A stretch of DNA of 64,000 nucleotides, taken from positions 200,100 to 264,099 of the forward strand of contig CAVPAL010000010.1 of assembly GCA_963701435.1 (NCBI GenBank), in the 5' to 3' direction. Every line of letters begins with the position of its first letter. The stretch's first letter is position 1. This document shows, piece by piece, positions 39,536 to 48,883 of this stretch. The notes under the pieces are model-generated. The model ran no database searches, was not told where the DNA came from, and saw only the letters and a list, made by a program, of their open reading frames with translations. Source of the stretch: an uncultured Chloroflexia bacterium (GTDB lineage Bacteria; Chloroflexota; Anaerolineae; Promineifilales; Promineifilaceae). The position numbers were made by a program, and so were the translations under genes.

Positions 39536-40378
39536 TTATTTAATCGCGCCGGTTGTGATGCCGCGAATGAGCTGGCGTGAAAAAATGACGTACAGAATCA
39601 AGACCGGGATCATCGCCAACGTCAAAGAGGCCAGAACGGCATTCCAATCGCTGACAAATTGCCCCAAAAACTGCTGTGCGCCCAGCGTGACGGTTTTTGT
39701 CGCTTCGCCCGGCGCCAAAATAAGCGGAAACCAGAGATCATTCCAGATTGGAATCATCACAAACACCGCCACGGTCGCCACGGCAGGGCGCACCATCGGC
39801 AAAACCAGGCCGAAGATGCGGTATTCACTGGCGCCGTCAACACGCGCCGCTTCTTTCAGCTCGCGCGGCACCTGGCGCATAAAATTTTGCAGCACAAATA
39901 TGGTAAGCGGCAGCCCCTGGGCCGTATACACCAGAATTAAAGCTGTGAGCGAATTGACCAATCCGGCCGCGGCTACCAGCCGTAAAATACCAATCGTGCC
40001 CAGGCGAATCGGGATCATAATGCCAAGCGCCAGATAAAGTCCCAGGATCGTATTGCCCCGGAAATCATATTCCGCCAGCGCAAAGGCGGCCATCGCGCCA
40101 AACAGCAAGATCAGCACGATTGATACGACTGTCACCACCAGGCTGTTCTTAAAATAGAGTGCAAAACTGGCGCGCTCCCAAACGGTGGCGTACCCTTCGA
40201 GGCTGAATGTTTCTGCAGTAGGGAAAGCCAGCGGATCGCGAAAAATCGCTTTACGCGCCTTAAAGGAGTTCATGATGACAAGGATAATAGGAAATAGGGC
40301 AACGGCCGTATACACCAACAACGCCAGATGCGGTAAAAACGATTCACTAAACCGATAACGAAGTGTGGAAACATTCAT
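39536..40378 (-). CDS. Carbohydrate ABC transporter permease (MalG-like)
   Basis: Six TM helices and an EAA-type loop (EAARVDGASEYRIFGLVLPMVRP). Confidence 0.9.
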   Translation of the reverse strand: MNVSTLRYRFSESFLPHLALLVYTAVALFPIILVIMNSFKARKAIFRDPLAFPTAETFSLEGYATVWERASFALYFKNSLVVTVVSIVLILLFGAMAAFALAEYDFRGNTILGLYLALGIMIPIRLGTIGILRLVAAAGLVNSLTALILVYTAQGLPLTIFVLQNFMRQVPRELKEAARVDGASEYRIFGLVLPMVRPAVATVAVFVMIPIWNDLWFPLILAPGEATKTVTLGAQQFLGQFVSDWNAVLASLTLAMIPVLILYVIFSRQLIRGITTGAIK

Positions 40379-40413
40379 AATTTTTTAATCTTCAAGAATT
40401 TTCTGCGGTGTAC

Positions 40414-41343
40414 CTAAACTTCATATGTCATAATGCGACGCTGCCACCCAACCAGGTATATCAACACGCCAAACAAAATAATCAGCAGCATCATGGCTGC
40501 CACAGTGGCGCCCATGGCCGCATTTCCAAGCTGTAGTTGCTGTCCAAAAAAGGTGCGGAAGAACAGCGTGCCCATAATGTCGGTGGAAAAATTAGGACCG
40601 GCCAAAGCCCCTTTTACCGTATAAATCAAATCAAAGGCGTTAAAATTGCCGACAAAAGTCAAGATTGCCACAATACCCACCGTTGGTAAAATCAGCGGAA
40701 ACTTGACGCGCCAAAATACAGTCCAGGAATTGGCGCCGTCTACATATGCCGCCTCAATCAGTTCATCGGGAATACTGATCAGCGCTGCATAAAACAGCAT
40801 GAGCGGGATGCCCACAAACTGCCACACCGAAATTAGAGAAAGCGTGTTTAGGGCGGTCGTCTCAAGCCCTAACCAGGGCTGAAAAAGATGACCGAGGCTG
40901 AAAAAATTCAGAAAACTTTCGGCAATTCCCCACAGTGGGCTCAGAATTAACTGCCAGATAAAACCGACAATCACAACCGAAAGGATGGTGGGAATGAACA
41001 ACATGGTGCGATAAGCGCCAACCCAGCGCAGCGTGCGCCGGCTCAATAGCGCCGCCAAAAACAGCGCAATTGAATTTTGTACAACCATGTGAATCATGAA
41101 AAAAATAACGTTGTTTTTGAGCGCGCCCCAAAAACGCACTGACCACAGCGGATCGGTTAACAGGGTGACATAATTCTGGAAACCAACAAAAGCACGCGTA
41201 TCGTTTTCCAAAAAACTCAAACGCAATGAATCTACCAAAGGATAAATCATGAAGACGGTATACACAATCACCGCCGGCGCTAAAAATACAATTATGTGGG
41301 TTGGGAAAGGCTTGCGTTTGCGTGATTTTCCCGCTTGCATCAC
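40414..41343 (-). CDS. Carbohydrate ABC transporter permease (MalF-like)
   Basis: EAA loop EAAYVDGANSWTVFWRVKFPLILP. Confidence 0.9.
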   Translation of the reverse strand: MMQAGKSRKRKPFPTHIIVFLAPAVIVYTVFMIYPLVDSLRLSFLENDTRAFVGFQNYVTLLTDPLWSVRFWGALKNNVIFFMIHMVVQNSIALFLAALLSRRTLRWVGAYRTMLFIPTILSVVIVGFIWQLILSPLWGIAESFLNFFSLGHLFQPWLGLETTALNTLSLISVWQFVGIPLMLFYAALISIPDELIEAAYVDGANSWTVFWRVKFPLILPTVGIVAILTFVGNFNAFDLIYTVKGALAGPNFSTDIMGTLFFRTFFGQQLQLGNAAMGATVAAMMLLIILFGVLIYLVGWQRRIMTYEV

Positions 41344-41475
41344 GACCCTCCTTCTATGATAAAGAGATAAAGAAAATGAAAGTAGGGGCAGACCTGTGTG
41401 TCTGCCCTGGATTAGAGCACATACATGGGTGCGCCCCTACCGTTGTCTAAAATCCAATCAAATCGCTTTACAGAT

Positions 41476-41590
41476 TAGGTAAACCGCAGAAAGTATTGGG
41501 AAATGCCAAAGGACTTGAACTGCGGTTTCCTTGAGGAATCGGCAACGTCTAGAGCGATTCTAATTTTGAAATATTGTTGCCGATTACCTA
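41476..41590 (+). repeat. Full copy of the 115-bp MITE-like element (tandem copy 1)
   Basis: It has 4 mismatches to 23311-23425. Confidence 0.85.
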
Positions 41591-41703
41591 GGTAAACCGC
41601 AGAAAGTATTGGGAAATGCCAAAGGACTTGAACTGCGGTTTCCTTGAGGAATCGGCAACGTCTAGAGCGATTCTATTTTAGAAGTACTGTTGCCGATTAC
41701 CTA
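41589..41703 (+). repeat. Full copy of the 115-bp MITE-like element (tandem copy 2, shares the junction TA)
   Basis: The junction reads TTACCTAGGTAA. Divergence is confined to the second hairpin loop. Confidence 0.85.
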
Positions 41704-41711
41704 AACAAATG

Positions 41712-44309
41712 TTATGGCGTATACCAGGCATCCAGCCCATCTTGAATCTGCTGGGCTGCTTCTTGAGCAGTGATGTCGCCGTTGATGACCTGCGCGCTTA
41801 CGCGCCACAGCTCATTTTCCAGGTTCGGCTCGCCGCGCGAAAGAATCTGGTATGAGTTCCGAATGGTGGAATCACACTCACTGCGCCAGCTCAAGAACTC
41901 TTGCGCCAGCGGATCGTCCAAAGAGACGTCGACATCAGCCAGCGAGAAGAAACCGGGCAGCGAATTGCTGTAGAGGTCAGCGAATTCGGCCGACGCCACC
42001 CAACTCAGGAACGCTTCTGCCGCTGCCGGATTCTCGGTGGACGGATTCATGCCAATCGCAATGTCGGTATGGTCGCTGATGTAGCAGGGATCGCCTGCAT
42101 TGGCGACCGGCGGTTTGAAAGCGCCCATCGCAAAATCGGCCTGGTCATTGAACAAGGAAATGTCCCAGGAACCGGCCGGATAAATGCCTGCCAGACCCAA
42201 AGTAAAGAAGTTTTGCGAATCAGGATAGGTTTGGGCCTGATAGCCGGCGGGCATGTAAGGTCCCCATTGGGCCAATTGGTCCCAGACCGCCACGTATTCA
42301 GGATCAGTGAATTTGCCCTCGCCGCTGATGAGCGCGAGACGGCCGTCTTCACCGGCCCAATAGTTGGGGCCAATATTTTGGAAACCCATCGTGGCTGCTT
42401 CCCACTGATCGGCCGTGCCTATGTCCAGCGGCGTGTAGCCGCCTTCCTGGAGCGCATCCATTACCGCAAAGAATTCTTCCACCGTGGCCGGCTCTTCCAG
42501 ACCTAATTCAGCAAAGGCGTCGGCGTTATAGATGAATCCATGAATCACGGATGCCATCGGTACGCAAAAGACATCAGAGCCATCGTCGGTGATCCAGGCG
42601 CTCTTGGCCACGGAGCCAAAGTTTTCCATACCCGGCAGATCGTTGAGAGAGGCCAGGTTTCCTTGATCAAACAAAGCCAGGGAACGATCAAACGGGCGGC
42701 AGGTAATCAGGTCGCCGGCCGTGCCGCCTTCCAGGCGCGTGTTCAATGCGCCGTCATATTCGGTGGGCGCTGTGGGCGCAAAGGTTATTTCAATGTTCGG
42801 GTATTGGGCATTGAAAGCGGGAATGATCACATCTTCCCAGATGGTCAGGTCATCGTTGCGCCAGCTTTCAATCACGAGCGCACCGGACAGCTCCGTATCG
42901 CCGGCTGCTTCTGCATCGGCAACGGCCGCTTCCGCCACATCACTCGCTTCACTGCCAGGCGTATACCAGGCGTCTAACCCATCTTGAATCTGCTGGGCTG
43001 CTTCTTCAGCAGTGATGTCGCCGTTGATGACCTGCGCGCTTACGCGCCACAGCTCATTTTCCAGGTTCGGCTCGCCGCGCGAAAGAATCTGGTATGAATT
43101 CCGAATGGTGGAATCACACTCACTGCGCCAGCTCAAGAACTCTTGCGCCAGCGGATCGTCCAAAGAGACGTCGACATCAGCCAGCGAGAAGAAACCGGGC
43201 AGCGAATTGCTGTACAGGTCAGCAAATTCAGCCGAAGCCACCCAGTTCAGGAAGGTTTCCGCCGCTTCGGGATTTGGCGTGTCGGCGTTCATGCCGATGG
43301 CAATGTCGGTATGGTCGCTGATGTAACAGGGGTCGCCCGCATTGGCGACCGGCGGTTTAAAGGCGCCCATGGCGAAGTCGGCCTGGTCGTTGAATAAGGA
43401 AATGTCCCAGGAACCAGCGGGGTAAATCGCGCTGTCACCCAGGGTAAAGAGGTTCTGTGAGTCAGGATAGGTTTGAGCCTGGAAGCCGCCGGGCATGTAT
43501 GCGCCCCATTGGGCCAATTGGTCCCAGACCGCCACGTATTCAGGATCGGTGAATTTGCCCTCGCCGCTGATGAGCGCGAGACGGCCGTCTTCACCGGCCC
43601 AATAGTTGGGGCCAATATTTTGGAAACCCATCGTGGCTGCTTCCCACTGATCGGCCGTACCTATGTCCAGCGGCGTGTAGCCGGCGGCCTGAATTGCATC
43701 CAGGGCCGCAAAAAATTCTTCAACCGTTTCCGGTTCTGCAACGCCGACCTCATTAAAAATGTCAGCGTTGTAGATGAAACCATGAATCACGGATGCCATC
43801 GGTACGCAAAAGACGTCAGAACCATCGTCGGTGATCCAGGCGCTTTTGGCCACCGAGCCAAAGTTAGCCATACCGGGTAAATCGTTGAGAGAGGCCAGGT
43901 TTCCTTGATCGAACAAAGCCAGTGAACGGTCAAACGGGCGGCAGGTAATCAGATCGCCGGCCGTTCCGCCTTCCAGGCGTGTGTTCAATGCGCCGTCATA
44001 TTCGGTGGGCGCTGTCGGTGAAAAAACAATCTCAATATTGGGGTATTCGGCATTGAAGGCGGGAATAATCACATCTTCCCAGATTGTCAGGTCGTCATTG
44101 CGCCAGCTTTCTATCGTCAGGGTAACCATTTCATCGCTGGCAGCGGCTTCTTCTGTGGTCTCTTCAGCGGCGGGCGCTTCCTCGACGGCGGCCTCATCCG
44201 CAGGCGCGGCCTCTTCCGGTTCAGCCGGAGCAGTGTCGGTTCCACCACCACCGCAGGCCGCCAAGAGCAGCCCTAAAATTACAAGCAATAACCAGATTTT
44301 TTTGTGCAT
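41712..44309 (-). CDS. Lipoprotein with two tandem, near-identical sugar ABC solute-binding domains
   Basis: Lipobox LLAAC. ESWRNDDLTIWEDVIIPAFNA...DGLDAWYTP occurs twice. The ATG at 44309 has GAGGAGAA upstream. Confidence 0.85.
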   Translation of the reverse strand: MHKKIWLLLVILGLLLAACGGGGTDTAPAEPEEAAPADEAAVEEAPAAEETTEEAAASDEMVTLTIESWRNDDLTIWEDVIIPAFNAEYPNIEIVFSPTAPTEYDGALNTRLEGGTAGDLITCRPFDRSLALFDQGNLASLNDLPGMANFGSVAKSAWITDDGSDVFCVPMASVIHGFIYNADIFNEVGVAEPETVEEFFAALDAIQAAGYTPLDIGTADQWEAATMGFQNIGPNYWAGEDGRLALISGEGKFTDPEYVAVWDQLAQWGAYMPGGFQAQTYPDSQNLFTLGDSAIYPAGSWDISLFNDQADFAMGAFKPPVANAGDPCYISDHTDIAIGMNADTPNPEAAETFLNWVASAEFADLYSNSLPGFFSLADVDVSLDDPLAQEFLSWRSECDSTIRNSYQILSRGEPNLENELWRVSAQVINGDITAEEAAQQIQDGLDAWYTPGSEASDVAEAAVADAEAAGDTELSGALVIESWRNDDLTIWEDVIIPAFNAQYPNIEITFAPTAPTEYDGALNTRLEGGTAGDLITCRPFDRSLALFDQGNLASLNDLPGMENFGSVAKSAWITDDGSDVFCVPMASVIHGFIYNADAFAELGLEEPATVEEFFAVMDALQEGGYTPLDIGTADQWEAATMGFQNIGPNYWAGEDGRLALISGEGKFTDPEYVAVWDQLAQWGPYMPAGYQAQTYPDSQNFFTLGLAGIYPAGSWDISLFNDQADFAMGAFKPPVANAGDPCYISDHTDIAIGMNPSTENPAAAEAFLSWVASAEFADLYSNSLPGFFSLADVDVSLDDPLAQEFLSWRSECDSTIRNSYQILSRGEPNLENELWRVSAQVINGDITAQEAAQQIQDGLDAWYTP
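41716..44114. repeat. In-frame tandem duplication, period 1242 bp (414 codons)
   Basis: 41716 aligns with 42958. Identical 67-aa antisense ORFs at 41770 and 43012 in the ORF track confirm long identical stretches. Confidence 0.9.
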
Positions 44310-44552
44310 TATTTTTATTCTCCTCAAATGACGTTTATAGGGTCGTTAATATGGTTGGATGTCAGTTTTCATCCGCAATTATAGCTGAAGATGGTGCGGA
44401 AAAAACACCAACCACCAGCCAAAGTGGCTGGCTGAAAATTATCTGCTGTTTATTAATATCTGCGTCACCTCCTTTGATATAGACATTAAGATAATGATTT
44501 TGTTTGTAGTAACCGCATTGGCGGTGGGCGATCCGGAGATCGCAGACGACGC

Positions 44553-45689
44553 CTAAATGACGCCTAGTTCCTGTTTCATTAGCAAGGCGGCGCAACCCAA
44601 AAGCACAATATCTGCCTCCAGATTCGATTCTCTGATGGTTGTACCTGCAAAAAGCACGGGCAAAACCCGGCGCTGCGCTTCTTGCTGAATAGCTTGCCAA
44701 AACGGCTCGCCAAATTGATTGAGGCGTCCTGATAAAACAATGTTCTGGATGTTTAATGTGGTGATTAAGTGGGCGATTACGGCGCCCAAATGGCGGCCGG
44801 CCGTGACGATCAGATTTGATAATTGGGGCTGGTCTTGGGAAACGGCCGTTACAAAATCCTCCCAACCAAACTGCCCATGCGTTAATGCGCGCGCGCGGGC
44901 AAGCAAAACGCGCGTGCTAATTTCTGATTCAAGCGTCACCAGGCTGGAATCCGCTTGCCCAACAATTAAATGTCCAATTTCTCCCGCGCCAAATCCATCC
45001 CCATAAAATGATTCCCCATTGATCACAATGCCAGAACCCACGCCCTGCCCCATTTTGATCAAGAGCAGATGGCGGCTGGCGTGCGGCTTGCCAAAGCTGT
45101 ATTCACCCAACGCCGCCGCCTGGCTGTCGTTGGTCAGATAAATCGGAAGCTCAGTAAACGCTTGCAGGATTTTTTTAATCGGGACATCCTGCCAGTCAAG
45201 ATTGTTAGCCAGGCGTACAATGCCCTTCTCCGGCTGGATGATACCGGGTGTGCCGATGCCAATCCCCAAAACCGGCGTCGAACAGGCGGACAAAAGCTGC
45301 TGAACCAGATCGCGTACAACCTGGATGGCTATTTCCCCAAACAAATCTTCAGCAGGCAGGGTGATGCGCTCAACAATTGCGCCGCGCATATCAATTAAAG
45401 CGCCGCGGAATATTTGATTGCCCAGATCAATACATAGAATATGGCGCGCCTGTGCATTAAATTGCAGCAGAATAGGCCGCTTGCCGCCGGCGGATGGCCC
45501 CATGCCGCCTTCTTCAACAAGACCTTCGCGCATTAAGGGGCGCACGATGGCGGATACGCTGGGGGGCGTCAGGTGGGTTGCGCGGGCAATGTCGGCGCGG
45601 CTAATTCCCTGGGCGTCATAAATTTGCCGTAAGACCAGTTGCGTATTGTGCCGTTTGATCTGATAGCGTGTCGCCTTTTTGGTATGCAT
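44553..45689 (-). CDS. ROK-family transcriptional repressor (NagC/XylR-like)
   Basis: N-terminal wHTH (ISRADIARATHLTPPSVSAIVRPL) plus a ROK sugar-kinase-like body (GIGTPG..., GAGEIGH). Confidence 0.85.
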   Translation of the reverse strand: MHTKKATRYQIKRHNTQLVLRQIYDAQGISRADIARATHLTPPSVSAIVRPLMREGLVEEGGMGPSAGGKRPILLQFNAQARHILCIDLGNQIFRGALIDMRGAIVERITLPAEDLFGEIAIQVVRDLVQQLLSACSTPVLGIGIGTPGIIQPEKGIVRLANNLDWQDVPIKKILQAFTELPIYLTNDSQAAALGEYSFGKPHASRHLLLIKMGQGVGSGIVINGESFYGDGFGAGEIGHLIVGQADSSLVTLESEISTRVLLARARALTHGQFGWEDFVTAVSQDQPQLSNLIVTAGRHLGAVIAHLITTLNIQNIVLSGRLNQFGEPFWQAIQQEAQRRVLPVLFAGTTIRESNLEADIVLLGCAALLMKQELGVI

Positions 45690-46034
45690 TGAAGTTGCCC
45701 GTACTTTGCGCGGAAAGTGAAATCAGTTTATTAAGTTAGTTAACTAAGGATTTAGAGTATATAGTTACGAACTCACCCTGTCAAACATCCGTTGAATTCT
45801 GTTCGGCTATAATGCCATCCTGGCGCAGCAAATACGCAATATCAACCTCAATAAACGCGCGGATGGTAACACGTTTCACAGCGACTATTTTGTGGTTTTT
45901 ACAAGTGATCAAGTTATTATTTAAAATGTTTTTAATAGTTGTACCAAAGAGCGTGGCTTGATAGAGACAATTTGCTGCCAAACAGAGATTTGACAGCAAA
46001 TTATCGTATCATACTGTCCACAAGAAGGATGAGG

Positions 46035-46865
46035 ATGAATCAGGAACAATTAACACAAGATGTCCGCCATTATTATGATGGCCAGAAAATTGACAGAAAT
46101 TTTTTGTTAGGCGAGGATACGGGGATTATTAACCATCATTTTGGCATTGGAGACTATAACCACGCAGACTTTGATGGTTCGCAGCGACAGATTACAAAAA
46201 TACTAAATCTGTTGGAACTCAATCAGATTGATACATTGGCCTCCTTTATGGGAGAAGTGCGAAGCGATCATAAAATTTTAGACGCAGGATGCGGCCGGGG
46301 TGGAACAACATTCTACCTGGTTGACCGTTTTGGGGCGTCTGTCGATGGCATTACCATTTCCCCATATCAATATGAATTTGCGGCTGAATTGGCAAAGACA
46401 AAAGGGTTAACCGCACAAGCCCGGTATCATTTAATGAATTACCTGGAACTGTCGTTTGACGATAATGTTTTTGATCACGTCATCACAAATGAAACGACAC
46501 AATATACTTATGATCTCACCCAGCTTTTTGGCGGTTTTGCCAGAGTCTTAAAGCCCCTCGGCAGATACACAATTGCCACATGGTGCCTGAACCCGGACTT
46601 TCCTGATTCAAGTTGGGCCCAATTAATTAATGAAAATTATGGAACAACGATGCATACGATTGATTCCTATGTGAGGTGTTTGGAAAGAACCGGCTTCACA
46701 AATATCATCAAAACAGATTTTACGGAAATGGCTTTGCCTTATTGGGAACTTCGTGATCATTGGGATGAGAAATCCGGAGTAGAACGGCCGTTTATCGCAG
46801 GGCATACAAGCGGTGAAGTTTTGTATTATTTTGTAACGGCCGTAAATGGATCAAAATCTGCCTAA
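46035..46865 (+). CDS. SAM-dependent prenyl-diphosphate C-methyltransferase (geranyl diphosphate 2-C-methyltransferase-like)
   Basis: It runs parallel to the Streptomyces GPPMT sequence as I recall it: INHHFGIGD, LDAGCGRGG, NETTQY (NESTMY), CLNPDF...WAQLINENYG..MHT, LPYWELR. GC is about 40% by eye. Confidence 0.7.
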   Translation: MNQEQLTQDVRHYYDGQKIDRNFLLGEDTGIINHHFGIGDYNHADFDGSQRQITKILNLLELNQIDTLASFMGEVRSDHKILDAGCGRGGTTFYLVDRFGASVDGITISPYQYEFAAELAKTKGLTAQARYHLMNYLELSFDDNVFDHVITNETTQYTYDLTQLFGGFARVLKPLGRYTIATWCLNPDFPDSSWAQLINENYGTTMHTIDSYVRCLERTGFTNIIKTDFTEMALPYWELRDHWDEKSGVERPFIAGHTSGEVLYYFVTAVNGSKSA

Positions 46866-46990
46866 AAGACTGATTTTTTACAAGCCAAGCACAATTTTGC
46901 GGATTTGTTATGCGTCATATTCTTCACCACGCATTTCTAAGTAAACTGTGGAAAGTATATTGAATTCCTGCTAAACGAAATCTGGGAATT

Positions 46991-47052
46991 CCTCAAGGAA
47001 ACCGCAAATTTCCAACTCCTCTTATTTTCAAGGATTTTCTGCGATTTACCTA
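46991..47052 (-). repeat. Half copy (hairpin module A) of the MITE-like family, inverted
   Basis: The reverse complement TAGGTAAATCGCAGAAAATCC...TTTGCGGTTTCCTTGAGG aligns to 23311-23370. Confidence 0.7.
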
Positions 47053-47335
47053 ACCTAAATGACGCCTAGTTATGTATGAGCCGAGGTGGGACCGACTCAG
47101 TGTAACCTGGAAAATTATAATTAGGCCACATCGGACTATCCTGAAGCAGGCTCCCATAGCAGTGTCTTCAACTACCTTTTGGCCTATGATAAGAATGACA
47201 ACCGCACCGTGTTCGGTTACACTAATCTTATGCTGTCTACCGATGATTTCTATGCGTATTTACCCTTCCTGCGCCACAAAAGGGCGCACGCCTTAGAAGC
47301 GCCATCCGCTGTTCTTTTGAAGCCAGGAGCGCCAC

Positions 47336-48883
47336 TTGCAGGGTGAAGAAAAAGATCGGCCATATCGGCGTATCTTCGAAGCTGCTGGCGACGGGTTGAT
47401 CCTCAACGATCTCGAAACCAGTCTGATAGTCGAGGCCAACCCCGTAGCCAGCGCTATGCACGGCTATACTCGCGAGGAGTTCATCGGACTGGACCCAATC
47501 ACCTATATTCGACCCGATAGTAAAGTTCAATTCACCAAGTGGGTAGAGGCAGTTCAATCCGGTAACGTGTTTGAAGTGACAGTGACCCATGTACGCCGGG
47601 ATGGAACGCCGTTTACCGTTGAGGTACACGGTACAGGGTGTACTTATCAGGATCGGCCGTGCCTCCTGAGTGTCGTCCGCGATGTCAGCGCACGGGTTCA
47701 GGCTGAGCGGCTGCTCCGGCAGCAGATGGCGGCCCGCGCGCGCGAGCAGTCCACCCTTTTGGAAATCTCCCAAACGTTGACCTCCACCCTGGAACTCAAA
47801 CCGGGTTTGATCCTCGACCAATTGCGGGTGATTATCGCGTACACCCACGCCGTGCTCTTTGCGTTGGAAGAATTAGATCTGGTCGCCCTGGCCGTGCGCG
47901 GGCCACAGCGGCTGGAACAAGCAATGCCCTTCCGTATCCGCATGGACGATTCGCATACCCGGGCGGCACTGTTAAACGAACACCAGCCCCAGCGAATCGC
48001 CGATGTGTGGAGCGCCGAACCGGCGGCGCTGCTGCTGCGATCGATCGTGAACGATCAGGCCGCTGTCCTGTTAGAGGGGGTGAAGGCCTGGATGTGGGTC
48101 CCCCTGGCGGTTACGGGCCGGGTAATCGGAGGAATAGGCATAGCCCATACTGAACCAGACTCTTTCACGATTCACCAGGCCAACCTGGCCCTGACGATGG
48201 CCAACCAGGCAGCCATTACGATGGTCAACGCCCAACTATACGAACAGGCTCAAGCCCTCGCCACGCTGCAGGAACGACAGCGCCTGGCGCAAAACCTGCA
48301 CGATGCCGTCAACCAGTCGCTTTTCTCAGCCGGCCTGATCGCTGAAGTGCTGCCGCGCCTCTGGGAGCGGAACCCCGATCAGGTGTGGCGTTCACTCGAA
48401 GACCTGCGCCGCTTAACCCGCGGCGCGCTGGCCGAAATGCGCGGGCTGCTGGCCGAGCTGCGGCCCCAGGTCCTGATTGACAGCGAATTGGGCGACCTGC
48501 TGCGCCAGTTGGGCAACGCCTTCACCGGCCGGACAAACATCCCTGTTGTGGTGACCGTGTCGGGCCAAGGGAACCTACCGGCCAATGTGCAGGTTGCATT
48601 CTATCGCCTGTGCCAGGAAGCATTCAACAATATCGCCAAACATGCCAGGGCCAACCAAGTGACAATCCACCTGCAATTCGAGGCTGATACCGTCGAATTG
48701 CATCTCCGCGACGATGGACGAGGCTTTGACTCGGAGCAAATACCGTCGGGCCATTATGGCTTGAGCATGATGCGCGAGCGCGCTGAAGCTGTGGGCGCTC
48801 AGCTAATCATTACGAGCGGGCCAGGTAACGGCACGGAAATTGTCGTCCGCTGGGTGGAAAGTGAGGAACAAAAAGGCCTATGA
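47336..48883 (+). CDS. Cytoplasmic sensor histidine kinase (PAS-GAF-HisKA_3-HATPase_c)
   Basis: [14 protein letters not shown] (PAS), a GAF-like middle section, the H-box [14 protein letters not shown], and N/G boxes. The TTG start has AGGAG 7 nt upstream. Confidence 0.85.
   Translation: MQGEEKDRPYRRIFEAAGDGLILNDLETSLIVEANPVASAMHGYTREEFIGLDPITYIRPDSKVQFTKWVEAVQSGNVFEVTVTHVRRDGTPFTVEVHGTGCTYQDRPCLLSVVRDVSARVQAERLLRQQMAARAREQSTLLEISQTLTSTLELKPGLILDQLRVIIAYTHAVLFALEELDLVALAVRGPQRLEQAMPFRIRMDDSHTRAALLNEHQPQRIADVWSAEPAALLLRSIVNDQAAVLLEGVKAWMWVPLAVTGRVIGGIGIAHTEPDSFTIHQANLALTMANQAAITMVNAQLYEQAQALATLQERQRLAQNLHDAVNQSLFSAGLIAEVLPRLWERNPDQVWRSLEDLRRLTRGALAEMRGLLAELRPQVLIDSELGDLLRQLGNAFTGRTNIPVVVTVSGQGNLPANVQVAFYRLCQEAFNNIAKHARANQVTIHLQFEADTVELHLRDDGRGFDSEQIPSGHYGLSMMRERAEAVGAQLIITSGPGNGTEIVVRWVESEEQKGL

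Noticed and set aside
38735-40037. Long ORFs antisense to or overlapping real genes. Examples: 39072..40037+, 38735..39424+, 21182..21829+, 19569..20168+, 48799..49509-, 47237..47848-, 50421..50975-, 14338..15021-, 61684..62496+, 41901..42506+.
   Set aside because: They lie opposite genes with strong family signatures and have Arg/Gly/Pro-rich low-complexity translations typical of shadow ORFs in GC-rich coding DNA. No motifs are recognisable.
41476-41703. The tandem 115-bp repeats as a CRISPR array.
   Set aside because: There are only two copies and they abut with no spacer. The repeats are far longer than CRISPR repeats, the same unit occurs singly elsewhere, and there are no cas genes.
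45781-45999. A 72-aa minus-strand ORF in the AT-rich spacer upstream of the methyltransferase gene.
   Set aside because: It is a low-complexity Asn/Ile/Leu-rich translation of AT-rich DNA, with no SD and no recognisable family.
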